From Bacteroidales bacterium UBA6680 (lineage in GTDB: Bacteria; Bacteroidota; Bacteroidia; Bacteroidales; UBA6680): DNA of 64,000 nucleotides. A program made the position numbers and the translations under genes. A model generated the notes under the pieces. That model was not told the origin of the DNA. It worked only from the letters and a program-made list of their open reading frames with translations, and made no database searches. Location: NCBI GenBank assembly GCA_002454955.1, contig DKJY01000166.1, positions 427 through 64,426 of the forward strand, in the 5' to 3' direction. Every line of letters starts with the position of its first letter. Positions within the stretch are counted from its first letter, which is position 1. Positions 17,069 to 27,637 of the stretch are shown here, in pieces.

Positions 17069-19681
17069 ATGCGAGTAGCAAATTACCTATTACTACTTTT
17101 AGTATTTATTACACCATCTTTATTTGGACAGTTAAGAACATATACAACAACACGTGCTGATAATCAGATTAGGGTTGATTGTATCTTAGAAGATGCCTGG
17201 AACAATGTAGAGTGGTCGGGAAATTTTATTCAGAGATATCCTTATGACGGAGCTAAACCAAGTCAGAAAACGCGATTTAAGATCTTGTATGATGATGATA
17301 ATTTATACTTCTACATAAGAGCTTTTGATACAGCGCCAGATAGTATAGTTAAACGTTTATCTAAAAGAGATACATATCAGGGCGATAAGGTTGAGGTATA
17401 TATTGATAGTTATGATGACAAACGTACATCATTTTGCTTTACAGCAAGTGTATCAGGTGTAAAGTCAGATAGAATGATTACATCTGATGGCGAAAACTGG
17501 GATAGTAGCTGGGATCCTATCTGGTATCTTAACACAATTGTTGATGATAAAGGATGGATTGCTGAGATAAGAATACCGTTATCGCAGTTGAGATTTTCTG
17601 GATTAGAAAACCAGACATGGGGATTACAACTCCGTAGAAGTTTGTTTAGAAAAGATGAAAACTCATTTTGGATGCCTTTTGCAAAGAGTGAAAGCGGATG
17701 GGTAAGACACTACGGAAGATTAGAAGGAATTGAGGATTTGAAACCAAAACGACAGAATGAGATTGCACCTTATGCTGTTGTTGGATTAGAAACGTATAAG
17801 AAAGATCCTGGTAACTACTATAAAGATGGTAGAGATTTTACGTTTAATGCCGGAGTTGATGGTAGGGTAGGATTAACAAATAATCTAACACTTGATTACT
17901 CAATTAATCCTGATTTTGGACAGGTTGAGGCTGATGCCTCAGAGGTTAATCTTTCAGCTTTTGAATCATATTTTCCTGAGAAGCGCCCATTCTTTGTTGC
18001 CGGAAGGGAGATTACTGATTACCGAATTTCTGCTGGTGATGGCAATGGAGGAGATAATGTATTTTATACACGTCGTATTGGTGCTAATCCATCATACTAT
18101 CCTGAAGTTGGTGATACAACATCTGTTGATCAACCAGAGAATACAAGAATTCTTGGAGCTCTAAAATTATCAGGGAAAACAAAAAATGGCTGGACAATTG
18201 GTATTGTAGAGGCTCTAACACAATCTGAGTATGCAAAACTGCATAGTAATGGAAAGGAGTGGAAGGAGAGAGTAGAGCCTATGACCAACTATTTTGTTGG
18301 GCGTGTATCTAAAGATATGAATAAAGGAAACACTGTTGTTGGAGGAATGTTTACTGCAACAAACAGGAATATTAATGATATGTATCTTAACTTTTTGCAT
18401 ACAAGTGCTTATACAGGAGGTCTTGATTTAAAACATCGTTGGAAAGAGAATAAATATTATATTGATGTAAAAACAAGTTTTAGTCATGTACGAGGAGATG
18501 AAAAATCTATTATAAAGACTCAACGGTCATCAAGACGATACTTTCAGAGACCAGATGCTAGCCATGTTACTCTTGATTCATCAAGAACAAGCCTTACAGG
18601 ACATGGAGGTGTTATTACTATTGGAAAGTCTGCTAATAGTGGATTTAGATATGCCGGATTTTTATCATGGCGTTCGCCATCGTTAGAACTTAATGATATT
18701 GGATATCTTAGATCAGGAGATGATGTGTCTCAGATTTTCTGGATTGGATATAAAATAAAGGATCCTGTGTTTATATTCAGAAACCTTAATGTAAATCTGA
18801 ACGAGTGGCATTCTCGTGATTTTGGGTTTAACTATACAGGATTTGGAGGAAATGTTAATTTTTGGTCACAACTTAAGAATTACTGGTCGGTTTACGGAGG
18901 AGTAAACTTTAATGCAGAAAGCCACTCCACAACATTCTTGCGCGGAGGAAATACCTTTTATTTACCATCATCATATAATTCCTGGTGGGGGCTTTCAACA
19001 GATAGTAGAAAAAAATGGCGATTAAAATTCAGTTATTCATTTAAAAATGGTAGTTATGAGAGCTCATGGAGGCAATCATTTGGTATAGGGTTAACATACA
19101 GACCTATAGATGCTCTTAGCTTGTCTTTAAGCCCTAATATCACTGAATCTATGAATGAGCTGCAATATGTAACAAGTGTAGATTATAATGATAAAACAAG
19201 ATATGTTTTAGGAAAGATAAATCAGAAAACATTACGCGTTGAATTACGATTAGACTTAAGTATTACACCTAATCTTAGTATACAGTATTTTGCTCAACCA
19301 TTTGTTGCAATAGGGGAATATAGTAATTTAAAATACGTTACTAATCCATCAGCAGAAAAATATAACGATAGATTTTTAGAGTACGATACAAAACAGATAT
19401 CTTTTTCTAATATAGATGATAAGTGGAATATTGATGAGAATAGAGATGGAACAAAAGATTATTCTATAAGTAATCCTGACTATGACTATAAAGTCTTATT
19501 ATCAAACTTTGTTGTTAGATGGGAGTACAGACCTGGTTCAACGCTTTTTGTAGTATGGTCGCAAAATAGAACCCCTGATGGGGATTTTAAACCAACGTAT
19601 AACTATGACATAGATAGAATATTTAAAATTAGCCCTCACGATATATTCATGGTGAAATTCTCATACCGATTTTCGCTATAA
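17069..19681 (+). CDS. CBM9-like plus DUF5916-type large outer-membrane or secreted protein
   Basis: Signal peptide MRVANYLLLLLVFITPSLFGQ. An N-terminal DAWNNVEWSGNFIQRYP...DDDNLYFYIRAFD module resembles family 9 carbohydrate-binding modules. The long C-terminal region is beta-rich and ends FSYRFSL. The start is moved to the ATG at 17069. Confidence 0.55.
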   Translation: MRVANYLLLLLVFITPSLFGQLRTYTTTRADNQIRVDCILEDAWNNVEWSGNFIQRYPYDGAKPSQKTRFKILYDDDNLYFYIRAFDTAPDSIVKRLSKRDTYQGDKVEVYIDSYDDKRTSFCFTASVSGVKSDRMITSDGENWDSSWDPIWYLNTIVDDKGWIAEIRIPLSQLRFSGLENQTWGLQLRRSLFRKDENSFWMPFAKSESGWVRHYGRLEGIEDLKPKRQNEIAPYAVVGLETYKKDPGNYYKDGRDFTFNAGVDGRVGLTNNLTLDYSINPDFGQVEADASEVNLSAFESYFPEKRPFFVAGREITDYRISAGDGNGGDNVFYTRRIGANPSYYPEVGDTTSVDQPENTRILGALKLSGKTKNGWTIGIVEALTQSEYAKLHSNGKEWKERVEPMTNYFVGRVSKDMNKGNTVVGGMFTATNRNINDMYLNFLHTSAYTGGLDLKHRWKENKYYIDVKTSFSHVRGDEKSIIKTQRSSRRYFQRPDASHVTLDSSRTSLTGHGGVITIGKSANSGFRYAGFLSWRSPSLELNDIGYLRSGDDVSQIFWIGYKIKDPVFIFRNLNVNLNEWHSRDFGFNYTGFGGNVNFWSQLKNYWSVYGGVNFNAESHSTTFLRGGNTFYLPSSYNSWWGLSTDSRKKWRLKFSYSFKNGSYESSWRQSFGIGLTYRPIDALSLSLSPNITESMNELQYVTSVDYNDKTRYVLGKINQKTLRVELRLDLSITPNLSIQYFAQPFVAIGEYSNLKYVTNPSAEKYNDRFLEYDTKQISFSNIDDKWNIDENRDGTKDYSISNPDYDYKVLLSNFVVRWEYRPGSTLFVVWSQNRTPDGDFKPTYNYDIDRIFKISPHDIFMVKFSYRFSL

Positions 19682-19712
19682 TGATTAATTTAATACGCTA
19701 ATGGTTGTGTCT

Positions 19713-20936
19713 TCAGAATGCAGCCATTAGCAAATCAAGATCTCTTGCAGGTAACCCTGTTTTCAGCCCTAAATCAAAATCAGTTAAAATGCCATTGAAT
19801 ACATATATACCATTTCTTAATCCGTTATTAAGCTTTATAGCTTGGTTAATGCTTGATCTTTGATTAATATCATCTATAATAGGAAGAAATACATTACTCA
19901 TAGCAATTGAAGCTGTTCTAGATACCCTTGATGGAATATTTGGCACACAGTAATGAATAATACCATGTCTTCTGTATATAGGACGATTAAGTGTTGTTTT
20001 TCTAGCTCCTTCAACAAACCCTCCCTGATCTATGCTTAGATCAATAATGACAGATCCATCTTTCATTGATTTAACCATCTCCTCTGTGAGGTTGAATGGA
20101 GGATTACCCTCTTTGTAATGCATAGCACCAATAACAACATCAGTAGATTTAAGTTCTTTCTCAATAACCTGTTTGTGTAATACAGATGTATACAGTCTTA
20201 GTCCAATATGGTGTTGTAAACGTTGTAATCTTTTTATTGATCTATCAAAAACTTTTATTGTAGCACCAAGTCCTATTGCAGTTCTTATTGCTGTTTCGGC
20301 AGCTTTACCTGCGCCAAAAACAACAATCTCAGCAGGTGTAATACCTGCTATATTACCAAGAAGTACGCCTTTTCCATTTTGTTCGTTACTTAGTAGCTCT
20401 GCTGCGATTAATACAGCAGCTTTACCAGCAATTTCGCTCATAGAGTTAATGACAGGATAGGTGTTGTAGCAATCTTTTATCTTTTCTGGAGCAATTGCGG
20501 TTACCTTTTTTTCTATTAAAACAGTTAGATAATCCTTTAAGTTTTCAATATCGTGTAATGAATTAATGAGCAACTGATTTCCTCTTAATTTTTTTATCTG
20601 ACTAACAGTAAAAGGTTTTATTCTTAGAATAATGTCACATATGCTCAAAATCTCTTCTGTACTATTTATAATAATAGCTCCACAATCACTATAATCAAGG
20701 TCAGAATAGTTTGATGGTTCTCCAAGTCCTTTCTCAATATAAACTTTATGACCTTTTTCTACTATCTCTTCAATTGCCTCAGGTGTAAGAAGAACCCTTT
20801 TTTCATTAACATCACACTCTTTAGGTAATCCTATAGAGAACATTTTTTTTTGAGATTTTATCTCTAAAAGTTCTTCTTGTGGTAATAACCCCTCCTTGGG
20901 TATAGCAAAATCCGGATGTTGTGATACAGATGCCAT
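19713..20936 (-). CDS. Alanine dehydrogenase / PNT family NAD(H)-binding protein
   Basis: A VVFGAGKAAETAIRTAIGLGATIKVFD Rossmann motif in an AlaDH/PNT-like architecture, 407 aa. Confidence 0.65.
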   Translation of the reverse strand: MASVSQHPDFAIPKEGLLPQEELLEIKSQKKMFSIGLPKECDVNEKRVLLTPEAIEEIVEKGHKVYIEKGLGEPSNYSDLDYSDCGAIIINSTEEILSICDIILRIKPFTVSQIKKLRGNQLLINSLHDIENLKDYLTVLIEKKVTAIAPEKIKDCYNTYPVINSMSEIAGKAAVLIAAELLSNEQNGKGVLLGNIAGITPAEIVVFGAGKAAETAIRTAIGLGATIKVFDRSIKRLQRLQHHIGLRLYTSVLHKQVIEKELKSTDVVIGAMHYKEGNPPFNLTEEMVKSMKDGSVIIDLSIDQGGFVEGARKTTLNRPIYRRHGIIHYCVPNIPSRVSRTASIAMSNVFLPIIDDINQRSSINQAIKLNNGLRNGIYVFNGILTDFDLGLKTGLPARDLDLLMAAF

Positions 20937-20998
20937 ATAATTATATGTGTTGATTATTTTACAAGTTAATAATTATTTTATTAGCTTGAAAATATTGA

Positions 20999-21415
20999 TT
21001 AATCAACATTTATTAATCTGCTTTGATCGTCTTTCTCAGTAATTGTTATTGTTGCAATATTCTTAGGTAGAATAGATTCAATTAATTCAGGCCACTCTAT
21101 AAGGCACAAATCTCCACTAAAAAAATACTCTTCATATCCAAAATCAAAAGCCTCTTCAATCTTATTTATTCTATAAAAATCAAAATGAAATATAGAATTA
21201 CCACTATCTGTGTTATACTCATTAACAAGAGAAAAACTAGGACTACTAATAGTATCAACTACCCCCAGATTATTACAAATAGCTGTAATAAGTGTTGTTT
21301 TTCCAGCTCCCATTTTTCCGTAAAAAGCAACTACTTTTCTGTTACCAATACTTTTTATAATTTCTTTTGCTGCGTTGTCTAGCTCCGCAAGACTTTTTAC
21401 AATAATATCAGGCAT
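20999..21415 (-). CDS. tsaE: tRNA threonylcarbamoyladenosine biosynthesis ATPase TsaE
   Basis: FYGKMGAGKTTLI Walker A, SPSFSLVNEY, HFDFYR motifs, 138 aa. Confidence 0.85.
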   Translation of the reverse strand: MPDIIVKSLAELDNAAKEIIKSIGNRKVVAFYGKMGAGKTTLITAICNNLGVVDTISSPSFSLVNEYNTDSGNSIFHFDFYRINKIEEAFDFGYEEYFFSGDLCLIEWPELIESILPKNIATITITEKDDQSRLINVD

Positions 21416-21420
21416 AGTAC

Positions 21421-22974
21421 TTAATTATTTGGCAACAAATATATAAAAGGAATTATCATTTCTTCCATAGATACACCTCCGTGTTGAAATGTATTTTTAT
21501 AATAGTTGGCAAAATGGTTATAATTATTAGGATAAACCAAATAATCGCTGTTTTGAGCAAATATAAAGGTAGATGTCATATTTATCTTAGGTAGATGTGC
21601 GTCAAAAGGTTTTTCAATAGCAAAGACCTCTTTTTTGTTGTAATTAAGATTACGTCCTAACTTATATCTAAGATTTGTTGATGTATTTTTATCGCCAATT
21701 ACCTTAATAGGATTATTCACTCTTATAGTACCATGATCTGTAGTAATAATTACCTTAACCTTCTTTTCTGCCAATTTTTTAAGGAGTTCGTAAAGATCAG
21801 AATGGTCAAACCAGCCTGATGTAAGAGATCTGTAAGCTGCTTCGTCTGCTGCGAGCTCTTTTATCATATCCATCTCTGTCCTGGCGTGTGAGAGGGTGTC
21901 AATAAAGTTATAAACCAATACTGTTAGATCATTATTCAGAAATTGATCAATATTGTTTATTATCTTTTTACCACTCTTAGAGTGCATAATTTTTTCGTAC
22001 TTAAAAGAATCTTTTCTTGCATATCGTTCAATTTGTTTTTTTAGCAGCTCTTCCTCAAAAAGATTTTTACCACCCTCATCATCGTCATTTTTCCATAAAT
22101 CAGGATGTAATTTCTGTATCTCTAATGGCATTAATCCAGAAAATATTGCATTACGCGAATATTGGGTTGCAGTGGGTAGAATACTGTAATATAGCTCTTC
22201 TTGTATATCGAATAGTGTATTGATTTTAGGATATATGGTTTTCCATTGATCAAACCTCAGGTTATCAATTAATATGAGGCATACCTTATCTCCTTTGTCT
22301 ATAAGAGGAAATATCTTTTTCTTGAAAAGGTTTGGCGACATAATTGGCTTGTCCTCATTATCATCAGAGAACCAATCCAGATAATTCTTTTTAATAAACT
22401 TAGCAAATCCAGCATTAGCTTCTGATTTTTGATGGTTGAGAATCTCTAACATCTCATTATTGTTAGATTCACTTAACTCTATCTCCCAATAAACTAATTT
22501 TTTATATATATCTTCCCATTCTTTATAACTATTAGCTTGATTTATTTCTAAGCTAAGCTTTCCGAATTCTGATTGATATGTTGCACTTGTTGTTGTTTCA
22601 ACTAGATGCGAGTGATCAATATTCTTCTTTATTGATAAAAGAATCTGTTTTGGATTGACTGGCTTAATAAGATAATCGGCAATTTTTGAACCGATTGCCT
22701 GATCCATAATATTTTCCTCTTCGCTTTTAGTGATCATGATCACTGGTGTATGTTCACTAAGTTTTTTAATCTCCTTTAAAGCTTCTAGTCCGCTTATTCC
22801 AGGCATGTTTTCGTCAAGAAAAATAATATTAAAAGATTGGTTTTTAACCATCTCTATAGCATCTTCTGCATTAGTTGCAGTAAATACAGTATATCCTTTC
22901 TGTTCAAGAAATATTATGTGAGGCCTTAACAGATCAATTTCGTCGTCAACCCAAAGAAGATGTATGTTTTGCAT
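21421..22974 (-). CDS. porX: T9SS response regulator PorX (receiver domain plus PglZ/alkaline-phosphatase-like domain)
   Basis: An N-terminal CheY-like receiver (LLWVDDE...IFLDENMPG...K) is fused to a roughly 380-aa PglZ-type domain (LIDNLRFDQW, TTDHGT), 517 aa. Confidence 0.8.
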   Translation of the reverse strand: MQNIHLLWVDDEIDLLRPHIIFLEQKGYTVFTATNAEDAIEMVKNQSFNIIFLDENMPGISGLEALKEIKKLSEHTPVIMITKSEEENIMDQAIGSKIADYLIKPVNPKQILLSIKKNIDHSHLVETTTSATYQSEFGKLSLEINQANSYKEWEDIYKKLVYWEIELSESNNNEMLEILNHQKSEANAGFAKFIKKNYLDWFSDDNEDKPIMSPNLFKKKIFPLIDKGDKVCLILIDNLRFDQWKTIYPKINTLFDIQEELYYSILPTATQYSRNAIFSGLMPLEIQKLHPDLWKNDDDEGGKNLFEEELLKKQIERYARKDSFKYEKIMHSKSGKKIINNIDQFLNNDLTVLVYNFIDTLSHARTEMDMIKELAADEAAYRSLTSGWFDHSDLYELLKKLAEKKVKVIITTDHGTIRVNNPIKVIGDKNTSTNLRYKLGRNLNYNKKEVFAIEKPFDAHLPKINMTSTFIFAQNSDYLVYPNNYNHFANYYKNTFQHGGVSMEEMIIPFIYLLPNN

Positions 22975-22975
22975 G

Positions 22976-25669
22976 CTATTTATATTTTTCGTTGAAGAAT
23001 TTTAAATATTCAGATAGGTTTTTTTCTTGTGTCAAGACATTCTTGTTTGCTGTACTAATAATAAAGTAGTTTACTCTTTTAGGGTCTTTAAAAACAGAGT
23101 CCTGCACAGAATTAAGCTTATCATAATAATCTTTTGACGTTTTAATATTTTTAAAACCTGTAATAGTTAATATTTTTATTGTTTTGTGTAATGTCTCTGC
23201 ATAGTCTATCTCATAAGGTTCATTTAAGAAATAGTCTACATTAAAGTTAACAACATCAAATCTTATTTGTGATGTTTTTAAATATGTAGTATCAAATACT
23301 ACGGCAATCATCTGCTCATCTTCAGGAGAGAATATAAAAAGATCAGAATCTGATACTGAACTGTGTCCTGCATTATCAGAGATGGCAGCTGTAATAATAT
23401 CTTTACCTGTTGATAACTCCATCTGCTTCTGCTCAAGGTAGGCAAGAACATTACTAGCATTTTTAGCTATATCAGAAGATCTGTATTTTTTAATAAAGGC
23501 CTTAAGATCTTCTCTTAAAGATTTTTCACTTCTTGTTTTATTTTTTGTAAGTATTCTTAGATATTCAAAGTTTGGATATAACTCATGTCCTTTAAAGTTT
23601 TCATCAGCATATTCACAAAATCCTAGAACAGCATTATAATTTGCAGTTATGTACTGATTATATGTTTGCTGATAGAACATCTCAACCTCCTGCTCTTTCT
23701 GCTTAATTTTATTAAGGAAGTCAGGATCTTGTAGATATTTAGAATATTTTGAGTCAGGGAATTCAGAAATAAGCTTAGACCTCATCTTATTTTGCTTCGA
23801 TTTATCATTTATTGAGTCACAAAGTTGATAGGCATAGAATAGAACAATAGGGCGTAATTCATTTTTATTAAATCTGTTTATGAATAATTCATATTTTTCT
23901 AAACTCTTATTATAATCTTGTATATCATCTTTATATATATTACCAGCATTAAACATTGCAGTGGCAATTTTATCATATGCAATTGTTTGTAGAGTATCAG
24001 TAAATGGGATTTGACTCAGATAATAATCTTTACTCTTTATATCTGTATTTTTTGCAATATCAGTTTTAAGTGAATCGGTACTTACAGTATCTGCTTTAGT
24101 TGTTTCAAAAAGATCCAGATCAACTATCTTTTTATCTCTTCTTCTCCAGTTGTCTTCAAGTTTTCTTGTACCCCATTTAATTTTAAACTCATTTCTACCA
24201 AAACTTACTGTTCCGGGATTATAGAAATACCATTTTCCTGCATTTCCGCTTGCATTCTCAAGACTATTGTTTCTGTTAGCGAACATTCCCATTCTTGCAC
24301 CTCCCTGATTAAGGGCTTCTGCCTCTTTCTTAGCCTCTTCTTCAGCTTTAATAATGTTAATGCGATCCTCAATAATTTTATCCAATTCCTCTTTTGGTAA
24401 TCTGGCAAGTCTTAATAAACTGTCTTGTATTTGGATAGTACTTAGATTTTCTGCCAGATTTTTCAGATCGGATCTCTTTTTAAATACGAGACCATAATCA
24501 GCATGGTCAGTTTGTAAATGGAATAGAGAACTGTCTATATAAGTAAATGATTGAATATAATCTTTATTGTCAAAATTCAATGTACTCATCTTTTCATAAG
24601 CATTACTTTTTATATGGTAATTTTCTGAATTTGTATGTGCTGATTTAGTATAGAATTCAAGAGCTTTATCTTTGTTTCCTGTTTTTCTTTCAATCTCTGC
24701 TAACCCATAATATATTTGATCTATAAACTCTAAATTCTTTTCATCATACAACATTTTTGTAAGAGCTTTTTTTGTACCTTCCAAATCTTCAATCTCTGAA
24801 TCAAAAGATGTTGCCAAATTTACTTTTGCATTAAAAATCATCTCATACCCTGGATTCATCTTTATAACTTTATTGAATGTCTCCCTAGCAAGATTATATT
24901 GCTCAGTTTCTTTGTATGCTTGTGCAAGAACATAGGTTAACCTTTCTCGTTCAGTTTTTTTTCTCGATGATTCTATTGCTTTTATTAAATACTCTATGGC
25001 ATTATTAAAGTCTTTACTTTTTACATAGTAATCGGCTAATGCACTATTTAATTGCTCTTTTATTTTTTCAGGAGCTTTTGACGATTTATTCAGAGTTTCA
25101 ATTGCGACAAAAGCATCATCTAACCTGTTTGTATTAAGGTATGTTCTGATTAACCAGAGATCTGCATGATACCTTGTATCTAAATAAAAGTATTGATTTT
25201 TAATAAGTGTAAATACCCTTATTGCCATATCGTTTTCATTACGATAAACATAGGCTTTACCCATTAACAGATATGCATCATCTACCCATTTACAAAACTC
25301 TGTCTGTTTAGATCGTTCATCATTTCTGTTTCTCTTTTTTGATTCATTTTTAGGTCTAGCAGTAATTGAGTGCTTAGATATAAGTAGATTACACTTTTTT
25401 ATGGTTCTGTCCATATCTAACCTTACAAGATCAGGTGTACCTGGTGTTTCAAAATCAAATACTGGGAGTATATCAGAATAATTGTATTTATAGTTCTTAT
25501 CAACCTTTTTAATTGCCTTTTTGTAACTCTCGTTGGCATTAAAATATACGTTATACCTGGCAGTTAGATTATGATAATTTCTTGATATAAATGTGTTCTT
25601 CTTATTAGAACATCCTGAGGCTAAAATTATAATCCCTATAAGGCTATATTTTGTGATTAATCTTTTCAA
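22976..25669 (-). CDS. sprE: TPR-repeat lipoprotein, SprE/PorW-like T9SS component
   Basis: Lipobox ILASGC, then YHNLTARYNVYFNA, as I recall for the SprE/PorW N-terminus. It has multiple TPR-like repeats and is 897 aa. Its stop lies 1 nt from the porX start. Confidence 0.55.
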   Translation of the reverse strand: MKRLITKYSLIGIIILASGCSNKKNTFISRNYHNLTARYNVYFNANESYKKAIKKVDKNYKYNYSDILPVFDFETPGTPDLVRLDMDRTIKKCNLLISKHSITARPKNESKKRNRNDERSKQTEFCKWVDDAYLLMGKAYVYRNENDMAIRVFTLIKNQYFYLDTRYHADLWLIRTYLNTNRLDDAFVAIETLNKSSKAPEKIKEQLNSALADYYVKSKDFNNAIEYLIKAIESSRKKTERERLTYVLAQAYKETEQYNLARETFNKVIKMNPGYEMIFNAKVNLATSFDSEIEDLEGTKKALTKMLYDEKNLEFIDQIYYGLAEIERKTGNKDKALEFYTKSAHTNSENYHIKSNAYEKMSTLNFDNKDYIQSFTYIDSSLFHLQTDHADYGLVFKKRSDLKNLAENLSTIQIQDSLLRLARLPKEELDKIIEDRINIIKAEEEAKKEAEALNQGGARMGMFANRNNSLENASGNAGKWYFYNPGTVSFGRNEFKIKWGTRKLEDNWRRRDKKIVDLDLFETTKADTVSTDSLKTDIAKNTDIKSKDYYLSQIPFTDTLQTIAYDKIATAMFNAGNIYKDDIQDYNKSLEKYELFINRFNKNELRPIVLFYAYQLCDSINDKSKQNKMRSKLISEFPDSKYSKYLQDPDFLNKIKQKEQEVEMFYQQTYNQYITANYNAVLGFCEYADENFKGHELYPNFEYLRILTKNKTRSEKSLREDLKAFIKKYRSSDIAKNASNVLAYLEQKQMELSTGKDIITAAISDNAGHSSVSDSDLFIFSPEDEQMIAVVFDTTYLKTSQIRFDVVNFNVDYFLNEPYEIDYAETLHKTIKILTITGFKNIKTSKDYYDKLNSVQDSVFKDPKRVNYFIISTANKNVLTQEKNLSEYLKFFNEKYK

Positions 25670-25763
25670 GCTATTTGTTTTTATGTTTATAACTCGTTAC
25701 ACTACTAATTATTGTATGCAAAGTAATATTCCGAATATAAATATAGTGTAAAATTGTCATACA

Positions 25764-25788
25764 CAAAAAAAAGAGCCTTAAGGCTCTT
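25764..25788 (-). terminator. Intrinsic terminator after glmS
   Basis: The minus strand reads aaagagcc-ttaa-ggctcttt followed by a run of 8 T, starting 7 nt after the glmS stop. Confidence 0.75.
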
Positions 25789-25794
25789 TTTGAA

Positions 25795-27627
25795 TTATTC
25801 TACAGTTACTGATTTTGCTAAATTTCGTGGCTGATCGACATTGCAGCCTCGCATTATTGCAATGTGATAAGATAAGAGTTGTAGTGGTATTACAGTTAAC
25901 AGAGCAGCCAGTTGTTCCGGTATCTCTGGTATTTCAATAACATAATCAGCCATGTTTTTAATTACAGTATCACCTTGTGTAACTATAGCTAATACAACAC
26001 CTTTTCTTGCCTTAACCTCTTGGATATTGCTGACAATTTTCTCGTATGAAGAATCTTTCGTAGCAATAACAACAACAGGCATCTTTTCATCTATTAATGC
26101 TATAGGACCGTGCTTCATCTCTGCAGCCGGATATCCTTCTGCATGAATATATGAGATTTCTTTAAGTTTAAGAGCTCCTTCTAGTGCGACAGGGAAAAGA
26201 TATCCTCTACCTAAATAAAGACAATTTGGAGCATCTTTAATATGAGAGCTAATCTCTTTTATTACATTGTTATGTTTAAGTACCTCTTCTATTTTATTAG
26301 GTAATGATATTAACCCGTCAATTAACTCCTTATAAAGATAGTTATCAATAGAGCCTCTTCTTTTACCAAGAAGAATGGCAATCATGGTTAATACAGTTAC
26401 CTGAGCTGTAAATGCTTTTGTTGATGCTACACCTATCTCAGGACCAGCATGAGTATATACTCCCCCATCAGTCTCTCTTGGTATACTAGAACCTACAACA
26501 TTACATATACCAAGTACAGTTGTGCCTGCTTCCTTGGCCATCTTAATTGCAGCCAATGTATCTGCAGTTTCACCACTCTGACTAATAGCTATTACAATAT
26601 CGTCTTTATATATAACAGGCTTTCTATATCTGAATTCACTTGCATACTCAACCTCAACAGGTATTCTAGCAAGCTCTTCAATAAGATATTCACCAACCAT
26701 ACCTGCATGCCATGATGTTCCACACCCGATAATCAGAATTCTTCTGGCATTTTCAAGTTTAGGAAGAATATCATATAATCCTCCAAGTGTTATATCATGT
26801 GTAGCACTAACTCTTCCTCTGAATGTATCAGAAATTGCTTTAGGTTGCTCATATATCTCTTTAATCATAAAATGGTCAAAGCCATTTTTATCTATCTGTC
26901 CAATATCAAGATCTAGCTTTTGTACTTTTGGTGTAAGTGTGTCGTTCTTAATATTTTTAAGAACAAGTTCATCTTTCTTAATAATGGCAACATCATTGTC
27001 ATTAAGATAGATAACACTCTTTGTATATTCTACAATTGGAGTTGCATCAGAAGCAAGAAAATATTCATCTTCGCCTACACCGATAACTAACGGACTTCCT
27101 TTTCTTGCAGCAAAAAGAGTGTCTGGCTGTTTATTAGCCATAATTACTAAACCATATGCTCCTTCAACCTTTGTTAAAGCTAATCTTATAGCAATCTCAG
27201 GTGTAACATTTCCTTTAAGATATATATACTCTATAAGATTTGCCAAAACCTCAGAGTCTGTCTCACTTTTAAAAGAATAACCTCTGTTAGATAGCTTTTT
27301 ACGAAGTTCAGCATAATTCTCAATTATACCATTATGGATAAGTGTAAAGTGTCCGTTTTGAGATTTGTGTGGGTGAGCATTAATATCATTTGGTACACCA
27401 TGTGTAGCCCATCTTGTATGTCCCATACCAACATGACCACTAATATCATCGTTACCAATAAACGACTCAAGATCAGAAACCTTTCCTTTACATTTATATA
27501 CTTTGATATTACCGTTATTTAATGCAATACCTGCAGAGTCATATCCTCTGTATTCAAGACGTTTTAGTCCTTTTATTAGAATAGGAAATGCATCTCTAAA
27601 TCCTATATATCCTACAATTCCACACAT
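25795..27627 (-). CDS. glmS: Glutamine--fructose-6-phosphate aminotransferase
   Basis: MCGIVGYIG N-terminal nucleophile, two SIS domains, C-terminal KSVTVE, 610 aa. Confidence 0.95.
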   Translation of the reverse strand: MCGIVGYIGFRDAFPILIKGLKRLEYRGYDSAGIALNNGNIKVYKCKGKVSDLESFIGNDDISGHVGMGHTRWATHGVPNDINAHPHKSQNGHFTLIHNGIIENYAELRKKLSNRGYSFKSETDSEVLANLIEYIYLKGNVTPEIAIRLALTKVEGAYGLVIMANKQPDTLFAARKGSPLVIGVGEDEYFLASDATPIVEYTKSVIYLNDNDVAIIKKDELVLKNIKNDTLTPKVQKLDLDIGQIDKNGFDHFMIKEIYEQPKAISDTFRGRVSATHDITLGGLYDILPKLENARRILIIGCGTSWHAGMVGEYLIEELARIPVEVEYASEFRYRKPVIYKDDIVIAISQSGETADTLAAIKMAKEAGTTVLGICNVVGSSIPRETDGGVYTHAGPEIGVASTKAFTAQVTVLTMIAILLGKRRGSIDNYLYKELIDGLISLPNKIEEVLKHNNVIKEISSHIKDAPNCLYLGRGYLFPVALEGALKLKEISYIHAEGYPAAEMKHGPIALIDEKMPVVVIATKDSSYEKIVSNIQEVKARKGVVLAIVTQGDTVIKNMADYVIEIPEIPEQLAALLTVIPLQLLSYHIAIMRGCNVDQPRNLAKSVTVE

Positions 27628-27637
27628 ATATTAAGTT

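Noticed and set aside
19697..19731. gctaatgg...ccattagc hairpin between the DUF5916-like gene and the alanine-dehydrogenase-like gene, considered as a terminator.
   Set aside because: The loop is 19 nt, there is no U-tract on either strand, and the 3-prime arm lies inside the convergent CDS. Support for a terminator is weak.
27628..27637. glmS ribozyme upstream of glmS.
   Set aside because: Only 10 nt separate glmS from the preceding gene, so there is no room for the ribozyme. It is also a firmicute-type element.
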